A stretch of 64,000 bases of DNA from Desulfurivibrionaceae bacterium (GCA_031581485.1 JAVLBA010000001.1:26440-90439); one strand, 5' to 3'; positions 10,839 through 22,163 are shown, counted from the first letter of the stretch. A program made the numbers and translations. The notes: generated by a model not told the origin, from the letters alone.

Positions 10839-12308
10839 CTATTTGGTCTTGAGCACCACATAGCGACTGCTGGCGCCGCGCTGGACCAGGAGGAGGATTC
10901 TCTGGTCGGCCTTGCTCTGGGCCAGCAGCCTGGCAAAGGTCTCCATGTCCGTGACCTGAATCTGGTTGATTTCGGTGATGACATCGCCGCGCCTGAGGCC
11001 GGCCAGGGCTGCTGGGCTGCCGCCTTCAACACTGGTAACCAGCACGCCGGTGGCCTGTTCCATCTGCAGGGACTCGGCCAGTTCCGGAGTCAATTCCTGA
11101 ACCGTCATACCCAGGGTGGCGGTCTTTTCCTCTGCCTCCTCGCTGGCAGCGGTCTCGGTTTCGAGTTTGCCGATGGTGACGGTGACACTCTTTTTCTTAC
11201 CCTTTCTAAACAAGGTGACCTCGGCCTTTTCTCCTACCGGTGTCTGGGATACCAGGGTGGGGAGCATGGTCATCTCTGCAATCTCTTTATCTTTATAGCG
11301 GATGATAATATCGCCCTGCTGGATACCGGCCTTGGCGGCTGGACTCCCCTCTTCCACCTGGCCCACCAGGGCGCCGTAGGGCCGCTCCAGGCCAAACTGG
11401 TCGGCAATGTCCTGGTTCACGGGCTGGATGCGGACGCCGAGCCACCCTCGGGTCACGGTGCCGCTCTCGCGGAGCTGGGCCATGACATTTTGGGCCATAT
11501 TGATGGGGATGGCAAAGCCCAGGCCGATATTGCCGCCGGAACGGGAATAGATGGCGCTGTTGATGCCCACCATCTCGCCGTCAAGATTAAACAAGGGGCC
11601 GCCGGAATTACCGGGATTGATGGAGGCGTCGGTCTGGATGAAATTGTCGTAGGCGCCGCCCCCTAAGGTCCGGCCCTTGCCGCTGACAATACCGGCCGTC
11701 ACGGTCTGTTCAAAGCCAAAGGGATTGCCGATGGCCACCACCCAGTCACCGACGCGCAGGGTGTCGGAATTGCCCATTTTGACAAAGGGCAGCTTGCCTT
11801 CAGGTTCGATCTTGATGAGGGCCAGATCCGTCATCTTGTCGCGACCGATGATCTTGGCGTCATACTCCTTACGGTTGGCAAAACGGATATGGATCTCATC
11901 GGCATTTTCAATCACATGGTTGTTGGTCAGGATATAGCCGTCTGCCGAGGTGATAACCCCGGAGCCGAGGCTGGTCCGCGTTTGGGTACGCGGTTGGCCG
12001 TTGCCATGGGGGCTGGGCTGACCATTGCCCTTGGGGTGGGGGCGCCCGAAAAAATATTCAAAAAGATCAGGGAGCTCGTCTGGGGCGCCCTTAAAGTCAA
12101 AGGGATGGAGGGGAGGGGCCTTCACCGTCTGGGTGGTGTAGATGTTGACTACGGTGTCGCCATGGGTCTCAACCAGATCGGCAAAACTTGCCGGCCGGCC
12201 GGCCTGGGCCGAGTTGACCAGGCTGCCCGTCAAAAGGAAAAAGAGGGCCAGAAAAAGGGCCGGGGAAAAACGAGGAGCCGGTAGGGTGTGGGATAGGGAA
12301 GTACGCAT
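10839..12308 (-). CDS. degQ: DegP/DegQ (HtrA) periplasmic serine protease with two PDZ domains
   Basis: Signal peptide, LTNNHV, DLALIK, INPGNSGGPL, two PDZ domains. Confidence 0.92.
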   Translation of the reverse strand: MRTSLSHTLPAPRFSPALFLALFFLLTGSLVNSAQAGRPASFADLVETHGDTVVNIYTTQTVKAPPLHPFDFKGAPDELPDLFEYFFGRPHPKGNGQPSPHGNGQPRTQTRTSLGSGVITSADGYILTNNHVIENADEIHIRFANRKEYDAKIIGRDKMTDLALIKIEPEGKLPFVKMGNSDTLRVGDWVVAIGNPFGFEQTVTAGIVSGKGRTLGGGAYDNFIQTDASINPGNSGGPLFNLDGEMVGINSAIYSRSGGNIGLGFAIPINMAQNVMAQLRESGTVTRGWLGVRIQPVNQDIADQFGLERPYGALVGQVEEGSPAAKAGIQQGDIIIRYKDKEIAEMTMLPTLVSQTPVGEKAEVTLFRKGKKKSVTVTIGKLETETAASEEAEEKTATLGMTVQELTPELAESLQMEQATGVLVTSVEGGSPAALAGLRRGDVITEINQIQVTDMETFARLLAQSKADQRILLLVQRGASSRYVVLKTK

Positions 12309-12368
12309 GTCTCTGAGGCCTCTTTGCTAGGGGGTTATGGAAGAAAAGATGATCCTTGCTTATCAGAT

Positions 12369-12396
12369 TTATGACAGGGGAAAAAAGAAAAAGTTC
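12369..12396 (-). promoter_or_regulatory. putative sigmaE-type promoter for degQ
   Basis: GAACTT-16 nt-TCATAA on the minus strand. Confidence 0.5.
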
Positions 12397-12552
12397 TTTC
12401 GTTTCCAGGCGTAATAATGCTTTCAGGGGTTTTTTGCAGAGAGCCCCTTTTTCTTCAGTCTATAGGGATTGTCAGGAATGTCAAACAGGCATGGCAGAAA
12501 TAAAGGAGGAGCTGGTGCCAGGTGAAACCTGGTGCCTCATTATCCAGTTTTT

Positions 12553-13434
12553 TTACTGAAAAGCCACTGCCACCGTCATAAGCCGTGAAGGGGCATTTTT
12601 GCCGAGACGGGCAAGGACGTGGGGATTGATGCGGGGTTTGGCCGGGCCGAAGAGATCCTGGAAGCTGCTGATCTGGCTGCAGGGCAGGGTGACAAGCAGG
12701 GCATTGCCGCTGATCTGGGTCTGCCAGTTGCTGTTGCCGGTCAGTTGGCTCAGCAGGGTATGTTGTTGGGCCGGGGAACTTGCATGGACAGTAACCACCA
12801 GATCAGGTGCAAGAGACTTGAGCTGGGAAAGGGATGGATGCAGAAACGAAGCGGGGGCCTGGGAGGGGGGGCCGCGGGGATCAAGAAGGGGATAGTGAGC
12901 GCTGCCGGGGGCGCTCTGATTTACAGGGGTAAATTGGATGCCGGGCTGCCGCAGGGGGGCGGGCTCCGGACGAGTATTCTGGGCCAGATAGGGGATGCCT
13001 GGATAATAGTCGCTCTCTTGCTGGTCAACAGCCATGGCCTGGACGATGTTCTTGTCAAGGCTGCTTTTTTCGGCCAGGTTCTGGTCAGTGGCCACGGGGG
13101 AGAGTTGGAGAACAGCGGCACTGATCACTCCCACCGCCAGGGTGGCCAGGGCAGTGGTGGCGGTGAGTTTGTGGAGGCGCATGAATGAAAGCCAGCCCTT
13201 CAGTTTGGCAAAGGGTTCAGGAGAGAGCTTTTCATTAATGCCGACGAGGAAATCGGCGTCAACCCTCTGGACCGGAAAGCTGTGCAGGGTGTGTATTGTT
13301 TGCTGGAAAAGCTGCCATTCCGCAGCGCACTCTGAGCAGGCTGCCAGATGTTCTTTAAGGTTGCGCGCCTGGTTGAGGGGAATGGCGGCATCAATAAAAT
13401 CGGAGAATTGGTTTTGGCAGTCAGGGCAATTCAT
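12553..13434 (-). CDS. zf-HC2 membrane anti-sigma factor
   Basis: MNC...HLAACSEC (HxxxCxxC) motif, one TM helix, directly downstream of an ECF sigma. Confidence 0.85.
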   Translation of the reverse strand: MNCPDCQNQFSDFIDAAIPLNQARNLKEHLAACSECAAEWQLFQQTIHTLHSFPVQRVDADFLVGINEKLSPEPFAKLKGWLSFMRLHKLTATTALATLAVGVISAAVLQLSPVATDQNLAEKSSLDKNIVQAMAVDQQESDYYPGIPYLAQNTRPEPAPLRQPGIQFTPVNQSAPGSAHYPLLDPRGPPSQAPASFLHPSLSQLKSLAPDLVVTVHASSPAQQHTLLSQLTGNSNWQTQISGNALLVTLPCSQISSFQDLFGPAKPRINPHVLARLGKNAPSRLMTVAVAFQ

Positions 13435-13517
13435 AAGAATTTATGGGCTGAGTTTTTCTTTTTCCCCGGGGCAGAGAAATCCTGCCGTTAATAATGGGGG
13501 GCCTGTTTGGTTTTCTA

Positions 13518-14171
13518 TCAGAGCTGTGGATAGATACGCTTTAATTTATTTTTCAAGCTGGTCCGGGCCCGGCTTAATTTCGATTTCACGGTGCCCAGGG
13601 GAATATCTAAAATCTCACTGATCTCTTCATAGGCCATGCCCTGGAGATCCCGGAGCAGGAGGATCTCTTTTTCCGACTCGTTCATGGTGGCGATGGTGTC
13701 CCGAACAAGTTGGATGGTCCGCTGTTGTTGAAGCTCCTTCTCAGGGGATTCACCCCCTGTAAGCTGCAGGGATGAGTTGTCGTCATCCAACGAGGTATTG
13801 CTGAAATAACCGCTTCTTTTAAGCCGCTTATAGCGGTTGCGGCAATGGTTGAGTCCTATCTGGTAAAGCCAGGCGCCGAATTTGGTGTCATCGCGCAGCT
13901 TTGTCAGGGCCTTGTAGGCGGTGACAAAGATATCCTGGGCCAGATCTTTGGCCTCTTCTTCATTCTTTACGTAATTAAAGGCCAGGTTGTATATCCGGTT
14001 TTGGTAGAGCAGCACCAGCCGGTTAAAGGCCTGTTTGTCTCCCTGCAGCACCGCCCGGACAAGGATGGTCGTCTCATCCGGGGTATCCTCGGTGTCCTCG
14101 CCTTTGCCTGCAGCAGGAGCGCTGAAGGCGGCGATACATAAAAGAGGAGCAAGAAGAAAAAAAAGTTCCAT
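13518..14171 (-). CDS. rpoE: ECF sigma factor (RpoE-like); start codon uncertain
   Basis: GDKQAFNRLV, AKDLAQDIF, FGAWLYQI, YEEISEILDIPLGTVKSKLSRAR. Confidence 0.88.
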   Translation of the reverse strand: MELFFLLAPLLCIAAFSAPAAGKGEDTEDTPDETTILVRAVLQGDKQAFNRLVLLYQNRIYNLAFNYVKNEEEAKDLAQDIFVTAYKALTKLRDDTKFGAWLYQIGLNHCRNRYKRLKRSGYFSNTSLDDDNSSLQLTGGESPEKELQQQRTIQLVRDTIATMNESEKEILLLRDLQGMAYEEISEILDIPLGTVKSKLSRARTSLKNKLKRIYPQL

Positions 14172-14535
14172 AAAAAAATTGGCGGGAAATAAAAAAAATT
14201 GATTGTGAAATAAGAGAGATGGCGTGGTTTGACGGCAAGGGTTTTTCCCCTCACCAACACAGGAGACTCTTGTAAAAGGACCATGCAAAAGTATTAATCT
14301 TTACCTACAGCATGAAGTTAATACAATAAAAGAAAAAAAAATGATAGGAAAAGCCGAGGGCAACCGGCCGCATCCTTCTCCCGTACGGAGCCAAAAAGGC
14401 AGGGGGCAAAAGGGAAACAATTGGAGTTTTCAGGGAAACTCTGGCAAGGTGCGGGTATCTTTTCAGCACCAGCTCTTGGGCCGGGCGGAGAGATTTTTTT
14501 CATGGTCCCCCCCTCAAGTTTTGCGGAGAAAAAAT

Positions 14536-14901
14536 ATGGAAGCCCTTGTCCAGGAATTAAAGAAAATAGTCCGTTTCAAGCCCACCACGGAGATCGGTGA
14601 TCTGGTGCTGGTGGTAGCAAAACAACCAGACTCCCTGGTCTACGCCCTGGTCACCGGTTTTGAACGTGACCAGGGAAAACGTGACGAGTGGTGGCATGTC
14701 TCGCTGCAGATTCTCAGTGTGCCGCCTCAAAAGGTGACCTGGACCCTGCGGACCTCCCAGTTTACCGGCCAGGAGATCTTCACCATGGGCGGCGAAAAAC
14801 GTTTTGTGGCAGCGGTTGATTTTGATACCGATGCCCTTGTGCCGCCCCCCTCCAAGAGCAAGGAGAAGGGGGGCAAATCTTCCTTGCGGCTGGTTAAATG
14901 A
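14536..14901 (+). CDS. hypothetical protein
   Basis: GGAGA RBS, coding-like codon usage, no recognised motif. Confidence 0.7.
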   Translation: MEALVQELKKIVRFKPTTEIGDLVLVVAKQPDSLVYALVTGFERDQGKRDEWWHVSLQILSVPPQKVTWTLRTSQFTGQEIFTMGGEKRFVAAVDFDTDALVPPPSKSKEKGGKSSLRLVK

Positions 14902-14996
14902 GGCTCTGCCCCATGGCAGGCCCGCTGCTTTCGGGCAATCGCCGCTATGATTTGTAAAAGGGGGGCTGCGGCCCCTTGCCGTGCACTTTGAAAATT

Positions 14997-16472
14997 ATGA
15001 AAAAAAACCAGATCCCGCCCACATCCAGGCAGCTGCAAGGCCTTGCCGCCTCCCCTGGCCTTGCCATGGGCCGGGCCCTTGTTCTGGTCAATCCCCACGC
15101 CAGAGGAGCCCGCCGATCGGGGGCCCCGCCAGAGATGGACGGCGGCAGCCTTCCTCAGGATGAACCGGTTATTCTGGTGGGGCATGATTTCCCGCCCCAG
15201 GATGTGCTGGCCATGGACCGGCAGCTGGTGCGCGGTTTCGTCATGGAGCTGGGCGGGGTCACCGGTCACAGCGCCATTGTGGCCAGGAGCGTGGGGATCC
15301 CGGCGGTGATGGGCTGCCTGGGCATCTGCCAGCAGGTGGTCAGTGGCGATTTCCTGGTGGTGGACGGCAGCCGGGGCCGGGTGGTGGTCAATCCTGACAG
15401 CAAGGAGTTGGCAGCCTATGAGAAGCTGCAGCAACAGATGCTGCAGGATAGCCGCCAGACTAATCTTTTCGCCCATCTGCCGGCCGAGACCAGAGAGGGC
15501 AGAAAAATGGCCATTGAGGCCAATATCCAGACCCTTGAGGAGATTGAGCTGGCCCTGCAGCATGGCGCTGCCGGGATCGGGCTTTTCCGTTCTGAATTTT
15601 ATTATCTCACCCCGGAAGGCCCCCCCTCTGAGGAGCTGCTGCTGGCTATTTATGAACATCTCCTGACCAGCATGAGCCCCATGCCGGTGACGGTGCGCAC
15701 CCTTGATCTGGGCGGCGGCAAAGAGGTGGAGGGGCACCAAATCCACCAGGAAAAAAATCCTGCCCTGGGCCTTAAGGCCATCCGTCTCGCTCTCCGTGAG
15801 CCGCAGCTTTTCAAGACCCAGCTCCGCGCCCTGTTGAGGGCGGCCGGCTTTGGCACCCTGCGCCTCATCTTTCCCATGATCACCTCCCTGGAGGAGCTCC
15901 TTGCCGCCAAGGAGATGGTGACCCGGGTGCGAAAGGAGCTGCGGAGCCAGGGGCTGCCCGCAGGTGATGATGTGGAGATCGGCATGCTGGTGGCGGTGCC
16001 CGGGGTGGTGGCCCTTGCCGATCGCCTGGCCCGGGAGGTTGATTTCTTCAGCATCGCTACCAATGATCTTGTTCAGCATCTCCTGGCCGTGGACCGCGAT
16101 AATCACCAGGTGGCCTCTCTCTACAACCCCCTGCATCCCATGGTGCTCCGCATGATTGCCCAGGTGGTGAAGGCAGGTCATGATGCCGGCATTGAGGTGC
16201 ATCTCTGCGGGGAGATGGCCGCAGACCCCCACCTGCTGCCGCTTCTCCTTGGTCTGGGGCTGGATGGCCTCAGTATGTCTCCCCCGGCCATGCCGGCCAT
16301 CAAGCAGATGGTGCGCAAGAGCCACTGCCGGCAGGCCGAGGCGCTGGCCGCGGATCTTTTGGCCTGCGCTTCTCCTGCAGCCATTCAGACCAGGCTTGCC
16401 GACCATCACGCTACCTCTTATCATGACCAAAGAGCGGGCGATTGCGGGCTGGCCCAAAAGGGGGAGCAATGA
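14997..16472 (+). CDS. PTS enzyme I-like protein, degenerate (HPr-binding helical domain missing)
   Basis: GLAASPGLAMG, GGVTGHSAIVAR phospho-His motif, GLFRSEF, RTLDLGG, TNDL, CGEMA. Confidence 0.85.
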   Translation: MKKNQIPPTSRQLQGLAASPGLAMGRALVLVNPHARGARRSGAPPEMDGGSLPQDEPVILVGHDFPPQDVLAMDRQLVRGFVMELGGVTGHSAIVARSVGIPAVMGCLGICQQVVSGDFLVVDGSRGRVVVNPDSKELAAYEKLQQQMLQDSRQTNLFAHLPAETREGRKMAIEANIQTLEEIELALQHGAAGIGLFRSEFYYLTPEGPPSEELLLAIYEHLLTSMSPMPVTVRTLDLGGGKEVEGHQIHQEKNPALGLKAIRLALREPQLFKTQLRALLRAAGFGTLRLIFPMITSLEELLAAKEMVTRVRKELRSQGLPAGDDVEIGMLVAVPGVVALADRLAREVDFFSIATNDLVQHLLAVDRDNHQVASLYNPLHPMVLRMIAQVVKAGHDAGIEVHLCGEMAADPHLLPLLLGLGLDGLSMSPPAMPAIKQMVRKSHCRQAEALAADLLACASPAAIQTRLADHHATSYHDQRAGDCGLAQKGEQ

Positions 16473-17455
16473 GCAGTTCAGAGCTGGCATTTATCAAAGG
16501 GGTGGCATCCCTGGCAGCGGCTCCGGTTCCCGGCCTGGTTATGGGCATTGGCGATGATTGCGCCGTGCTCCGCAAAAATGAGGAGCAGGTCCTGCTGGTG
16601 ACCACCGATACCCTGGTCTCAGGGGTCCATTTTGACCTGCAATGGCACCCCCTCCATCTCCTTGGCCGCAAGGCCGCTGCCGTCAATCTGAGCGATATCG
16701 CCGCCATGGGCGGCAGGCCCACCTTTGCCCTGCTGTCAGCGGCCTTGAGCCCTGATCTTTCCGAACAGGGCCTGCAGGAATTTATAAACGGCTTTGTCGA
16801 GATGCTCCAGGAGCACGATGTGGCCCTGATTGGCGGGGATACGGTGACCGCGCCCTGCCCGACCTTCACCATCACCCTCCTGGGCGAGATGGCCGGGGCT
16901 GAGGTCTGTTATCGCGCTGCCGCCCGCCAGGGGGATGAGGTGTGGGTCAGTGGTTTCCTGGGGGAGGCGGCGGCCGGTCTGGCCCTCTGCCAGGGGGGGG
17001 CAGCTGTCCCTGCCGAGTTTGCCGGCCTGGTCCAGGCCCATCTCAACCCCCAGCCCCGCCTGAGTCTGGGCCGTTTCCTGGCCGCCTCCGGTCATGTCCA
17101 TGCCATGATGGATCTTTCCGACGGCCTGGCCACGGATCTGGCCCATATCTGTACGGCAAGCGGTCTGGCCGCGGAGGTTGATGGCCGGTACCTGCCTCTT
17201 TCTGCAGCCACGCAAAGGGCAGGGGAGTCTCTTTCCCATGATGCCCGCCAGTGGGCCCTCAGCGGCGGCGAAGATTATGAGCTGCTCTATACCGTGGCCC
17301 CGGGCCGCGGCGAGGCCCTGGCCCGGCAGATCAGGGAAGAATTGCATCTGCAAACAAGCTGCCTGGGGCGGATGACCGGCGGCCAGGGCCTCTTTCTGAT
17401 GGAAGATGGTAAAAAACGGCTGATATCGTACCAGGGCTATGAACATCACCTCTAA
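16469..17455 (+). CDS. thiL: thiamine-monophosphate kinase
   Basis: GIGDDCA, VNLSDIAAMGG, GGDT, DLSDGL, GGEDYEL. Confidence 0.95.
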   Translation: MSSSELAFIKGVASLAAAPVPGLVMGIGDDCAVLRKNEEQVLLVTTDTLVSGVHFDLQWHPLHLLGRKAAAVNLSDIAAMGGRPTFALLSAALSPDLSEQGLQEFINGFVEMLQEHDVALIGGDTVTAPCPTFTITLLGEMAGAEVCYRAAARQGDEVWVSGFLGEAAAGLALCQGGAAVPAEFAGLVQAHLNPQPRLSLGRFLAASGHVHAMMDLSDGLATDLAHICTASGLAAEVDGRYLPLSAATQRAGESLSHDARQWALSGGEDYELLYTVAPGRGEALARQIREELHLQTSCLGRMTGGQGLFLMEDGKKRLISYQGYEHHL

Positions 17456-17567
17456 TAGAGAGGCATGGGGTGCGCCGGCAAATACCCCGCAAGCAGCCGG
17501 CCTGGAGAGACGATGACCACAAGAGAAGAAGCACACGTGCTCTCTGCAGAGCAAGGAGACGCCTGGC

Positions 17568-19343
17568 ATGGCATTGCATGAAAAATTAGCACGTTTTTAT
17601 CAGGATAATCTGCCTGGCGCGGTTATTGAAGGCACTACGCTCAAGGCGCCCTGTCCCTTTTGCGCGAGCCGGGGCCGCAAAGAGCCGGGAACCCTGGTGG
17701 TCTTTTTGGATGAGGATAGTTTTTTTGCCGGCTATTTCCGCTGTCTGAGCCGCTGCGTGGCCGGTGGCTTTGCCCCCCATTTTGCCCGACTGCGCCTGCT
17801 CGATGCGGACACCGTGCCCGGCTATGATCCCGATCAGCAGCCGTACGTCGACAATGTTGCCTGGCCCCTGAAAAATATCAACCAGGATATCCTCAAGTAC
17901 CAAAACAGCATGACCAGCGCGGTGCGGGAAGGCTTCAGCCGGATCGGGGTGGGCCCGGCGGTCCTCCAGGAGCTGCGGATCGGTTTTAACGGCCGCTATA
18001 TTGTCTATCCCTATTTTCAGGAAAACGGCTGCTGCTATGCCGCCCATTGTCTGGCCCCCCAGGGCAGCGGCGAAGAGTTCTGGTACGGGGAAGAGGCGCT
18101 GGCGGCCGGGGAGTTCCGCCTCTTCAACCTGCCGGATATCGGCCGTTGCCAGGGGGGCGCCCTCTTTGTGGTGGAGGGCGAAGAGAATCTCCTCTGCCTG
18201 CGGGAACAGGGGTATCCCGGCGTGGCCGTACCCAGGGCCGCTGATCTGGCCGCCCTGGACAGCCAAAGGTTTGCCGCTGTTGAGACCCTCTTTATGGTGG
18301 TGAATCATACGCCGGAATCAGAGGCGTCGGCGCGCCTTTTCGCCAGCCGGCTTGGCTTCAAGGCCCGTCTCCTCAAATGGCCCGGCCATGCCCCGCGTGA
18401 TTTCAATCTGGCCCGGATGGCCCAGCAGGAGGGCGATAATTTCAGGGCGGAACTGCAGAAAATGATCAGGGCAGCCCGGGCCTTTTCGCCCTTTAACACC
18501 CCCGATCGTGAATATACCCTTTTTCTGGAAAATCTGGAGCGGCGCCAGAGTGCGAGCTACCAGGCCTTAAAGAGCGGCATGCCCTGTCTCGATGAGGTGC
18601 TGGGCGGCATCCACGGCATCAATATCATCGGTGGGGCGCCCAAGGCGGGCAAGAGCTGTCTCGCCATCCAGCTGGCCAGCCAGATGGCGGCCAGCCAAGT
18701 GCCGGTGATCTATTATGATTTTGAGAACGGCCGCCAGAAGATCTACCAACGGACCATGGCCCGGCTGAGCCGGCTGCCAGTGGCCCGCTTTAACGACCAG
18801 CTGGAGGGCGACGACCAGCATCGTTTCAGCCAGGCCCAAGACGAGCTGCGCACCATGATGTTCTGGTTCCGGGTGGTCAACGACCGCCAGCTCAACCCGG
18901 AGATCATGCGCCGCCATGTTGATTTTCTGCGGCACGAGACCCACCGCCAGGACGCAGTGATCGTCATCGACTCGCTGCACAAGCTGCCCTTCAAGGATTT
19001 CTCGGAGCGCCGCACCGGCATTGACGCCTGGCTGCGGGAGATGGAGTCGATCCGGGACGAGTATAACGTCGCCTTTCTGGTCATCTCCGAGCTCAACCGG
19101 CAGGAGGGGGGGCGCTATGACGGTGTGCCCCATATGGGCATGTTCAAGGGCTCCGGCGATATTGAGTACACTGCGGATAATGCCCTGGTCTTTCTGCCCG
19201 ACTGGGACCCGGTGGACAGCCGTACCGCCAACCGGGTCAATTCCCTGTGGCTGGTGGCCAGCCGGGAGAATTCTCCCGGCCTGGTGGCCCGCTATCATCT
19301 CGACTACCCCTTCTGGGGCTTCAGGGAGAGGGCCGAGGAGTAG
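17568..19343 (+). CDS. Zn-finger/TOPRIM/DnaB-type (SF4) primase-helicase fusion
   Basis: CPFC...CLSRC, VVEGEEN, Walker [39 protein letters not shown]. Confidence 0.8.
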   Translation: MALHEKLARFYQDNLPGAVIEGTTLKAPCPFCASRGRKEPGTLVVFLDEDSFFAGYFRCLSRCVAGGFAPHFARLRLLDADTVPGYDPDQQPYVDNVAWPLKNINQDILKYQNSMTSAVREGFSRIGVGPAVLQELRIGFNGRYIVYPYFQENGCCYAAHCLAPQGSGEEFWYGEEALAAGEFRLFNLPDIGRCQGGALFVVEGEENLLCLREQGYPGVAVPRAADLAALDSQRFAAVETLFMVVNHTPESEASARLFASRLGFKARLLKWPGHAPRDFNLARMAQQEGDNFRAELQKMIRAARAFSPFNTPDREYTLFLENLERRQSASYQALKSGMPCLDEVLGGIHGINIIGGAPKAGKSCLAIQLASQMAASQVPVIYYDFENGRQKIYQRTMARLSRLPVARFNDQLEGDDQHRFSQAQDELRTMMFWFRVVNDRQLNPEIMRRHVDFLRHETHRQDAVIVIDSLHKLPFKDFSERRTGIDAWLREMESIRDEYNVAFLVISELNRQEGGRYDGVPHMGMFKGSGDIEYTADNALVFLPDWDPVDSRTANRVNSLWLVASRENSPGLVARYHLDYPFWGFRERAEE

Positions 19344-19479
19344 GGCGATGTTGCATGGCCCTGCTTCGCGGCAGAAAGGAAAAAGCGAGGCCTCTTTGGG
19401 CGACAATATCCCAGGGGCATGGCTGGCGTGGTCAAAAAAGAGATTTGCACTTTCCCCGGGTTCCCTTTATTTAAGCAAG

Positions 19480-21474
19480 ATGACACTTTTTAAGATCAAC
19501 AGTTCCTACGAGCCGGCCGGCGATCAGCCGCGGGCCATTGCCGCCCTCACTAAAGGCGTGCTGGCCGGGGTGCGGGATCAGGTCCTGCTGGGGGTGACCG
19601 GTTCCGGCAAGACCTACACCATGGCCCAGGTCATTGCGGGCACGGATCGGCCGGCCCTGGTCATGGCCCACAACAAGACCCTGGCTGCCCAGCTCTATGC
19701 CGAGTTCAAGGAACTCTTTCCCCAGAATGCGGTGGAGTATTTTGTCAGCTATTATGACTATTATCAGCCCGAGGCCTACATCCCCCAGTCTGACACCTAT
19801 ATCGAAAAGGACTCGGCCATCAATGATGCCATCGACAAGATGCGCCATTCCGCCACTCGCTCGCTGCTCACCCGGCGGGATGTCATTATCGTGGCCTCGG
19901 TATCGTGCATCTATGGCCTGGGCTCGCCGGACGAGTACAAGAACATGCACCTCTTTCTCCAAAGAGGGGAGGAGTATGCCATGGACCAGGTGCAGCGCCG
20001 CCTGGTCCACATGCTCTATGAACGCAATGACATCTCTTTTCACCGGGGCACCTTCCGGGTCCGCGGGGATGTGATCGAGATCTTCCCGGCCTATGAGGAG
20101 GAGCTCGGGGTGCGGGTGGAGTTCTTCGGCGACACCGTGGATGCCATCACCCTGGTTGATCCCCTGCGGGGCGTGATTATGGATGAACTTGCGGAGATCA
20201 AGGTCTTTCCCTCCAGCCACTTCGTCACCTCCAGGGAGATCATGAACCGGGCCATGCACACCATCAAGGCGGAGCTCAAGGAGCGGCTGGCGTTCCTGCA
20301 GCAGCACAACAGGCTGGTGGAGGCCCAGCGTCTGGAGCAGCGCACCCTTTTTGATCTGGAGATGATCAGCGAGCTGGGCTATTGCAACGGGGTGGAAAAC
20401 TACAGCCGCCATCTCACCGGCCGCCAGCCCGGCGAGCCGCCCCCCACCCTCCTCGACTATCTGCCTGAGGATTTCCTGCTCTTTGTGGACGAGTCCCACA
20501 TGTCCATTCCCCAGATCGGCGGCATGTACAATGGCGACCGGGCCCGCAAAACCACCCTCACCGAATTCGGCTTCCGCCTGCCCTCGGCCCTTGATAACCG
20601 GCCCCTGAAATTCGAGGAGTTTGACCAGCGCATCCATCAGGCCATCTATGTCTCCGCTACCCCCGGTGATTTTGAGATGGACCGGGCCCAGGGCCACGTT
20701 GTCGAGCAGGTCATCAGACCCACCGGCCTCCTCGATCCGGAGATCGAGGTGCGGCCGGCCAAGAACCAGGTGGATGATCTGCTGGCCGAGATCCGCACCC
20801 GGGCTGAGAAGAAGGAGGCCGTGCTGGTCACCACTCTCACCAAGCGCATGGCCGAAGATCTCACCGATTATTATGAAAAGCTGGGGGTGGCGGTCCGCTA
20901 TCTCCATTCCGATATCAAGACTCTGGAGCGGGTCCAGCTGGTCAGGGAGCTGCGGCAGGGGGCGTATCAGGTCCTGGTGGGTATCAATCTCCTCCGGGAA
21001 GGCCTTGATCTGCCCGAGGTCACCCTGGTGGCGGTGCTTGATGCCGACAAGGAGGGGTTTCTGCGCTCAGCGCGGGCCCTGATCCAGACCTGCGGCCGGG
21101 CCGCTCGCAATGCCTACGGCCGGGTCATTCTCTATGGTGATCAGATAACCCGCTCCATGCGGTTCACCATTGATGAGACGAACCGCAGGCGCGCCATCCA
21201 GCAGGCCCATAACGACAGCCACGGCATCACCCCCACCACCATATCCTCTGCCATTAAAAACGCCATGGACAGCGCCTATGAAGTGGAGCCCCCCGCCCTG
21301 GCCAAGGCCGCTGAGGAAGAGGTGATCTACCGCTCCGTGGCCCAGGTACGCAAGGCTATTATCGCCAAGGAGAAGGAGATGCAGGCGGCCGCCAAGATCC
21401 TCTCCTTTGAAAAGGCCGCTGAGCTGCGGGATGAGATCAAGATGCTCAAAGAGATGGAGCTTGCCCTGCTGTGA
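19480..21474 (+). CDS. uvrB: excinuclease ABC subunit B
   Basis: [38 protein letters not shown]-terminal UVR domain. Confidence 0.97.
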   Translation: MTLFKINSSYEPAGDQPRAIAALTKGVLAGVRDQVLLGVTGSGKTYTMAQVIAGTDRPALVMAHNKTLAAQLYAEFKELFPQNAVEYFVSYYDYYQPEAYIPQSDTYIEKDSAINDAIDKMRHSATRSLLTRRDVIIVASVSCIYGLGSPDEYKNMHLFLQRGEEYAMDQVQRRLVHMLYERNDISFHRGTFRVRGDVIEIFPAYEEELGVRVEFFGDTVDAITLVDPLRGVIMDELAEIKVFPSSHFVTSREIMNRAMHTIKAELKERLAFLQQHNRLVEAQRLEQRTLFDLEMISELGYCNGVENYSRHLTGRQPGEPPPTLLDYLPEDFLLFVDESHMSIPQIGGMYNGDRARKTTLTEFGFRLPSALDNRPLKFEEFDQRIHQAIYVSATPGDFEMDRAQGHVVEQVIRPTGLLDPEIEVRPAKNQVDDLLAEIRTRAEKKEAVLVTTLTKRMAEDLTDYYEKLGVAVRYLHSDIKTLERVQLVRELRQGAYQVLVGINLLREGLDLPEVTLVAVLDADKEGFLRSARALIQTCGRAARNAYGRVILYGDQITRSMRFTIDETNRRRAIQQAHNDSHGITPTTISSAIKNAMDSAYEVEPPALAKAAEEEVIYRSVAQVRKAIIAKEKEMQAAAKILSFEKAAELRDEIKMLKEMELALL

Positions 21475-22151
21475 AAAAAAAATGGCAACATAAACTACTG
21501 CTTTTTCTGGCCCCCTTTGTCTATAAAGTAGTGATGGGTTTTGTCATCACCACGTGCCGCAAAGAGATGCACGGCAAGGAGATCTGGCAGGAATTGGTGG
21601 ATTCCGGTAAGCCCTTTATCCTCACCTTCTGGCATTATAATGTCCTCTATGCCTCCCTCTCCGGCGGCCGGTTGCCCATGGTGGCCATGGTCAGCCCCAG
21701 CAAGGATGGCGAGTTTATCGCCCGCATCATGGAGTCGAAGGGGATCACCACGGTGCGGGGCTCCCGCAGCAAGGGAGGGGTGGGGGCCATCAAGGGTCTT
21801 TTAAAGGCCGTGCGCCGGGGCTTGAGTCCGGTGATTATTGCGGACGGCTCTCAGGGCCCGGCCCAGGTGGTGCAGGGCGGCTCCATCATCATCGCCGGCC
21901 GGGCCGGTATTCCCATTGTGCCCATGAACTGGGCCTTCAGCCGCTATAAGCTCTTTCGCAGCTGGGACAAGACCCTGCTGCCCCTGCCCTTTGCCCGGCT
22001 GGTGTGGGTGGTGGGGGAACCGCTGCAGGTGCCCAAGGGGCTTGACGGTGAGGAGGTGGAGGCCTATCGCCTCCTGCTGGAAGAGAGGCTGGCGTCCACC
22101 TATGAAGCGGCTTGGGCGGCTTTTGGTAAGAAGAATCACGAAGACCTCTGA
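21471..22151 (+). CDS. DUF374 lysophospholipid acyltransferase family protein
   Basis: [31 protein letters not shown]. Confidence 0.85.
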   Translation: MKKKWQHKLLLFLAPFVYKVVMGFVITTCRKEMHGKEIWQELVDSGKPFILTFWHYNVLYASLSGGRLPMVAMVSPSKDGEFIARIMESKGITTVRGSRSKGGVGAIKGLLKAVRRGLSPVIIADGSQGPAQVVQGGSIIIAGRAGIPIVPMNWAFSRYKLFRSWDKTLLPLPFARLVWVVGEPLQVPKGLDGEEVEAYRLLLEERLASTYEAAWAAFGKKNHEDL

Positions 22152-22163
22152 GGGGGAACAATC

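Noticed and set aside
19021..19479. N-terminal extension of UvrB (817 aa)
   Set aside because: Overlaps the helicase gene in another frame; UvrB homology starts at the ATG at 19480.
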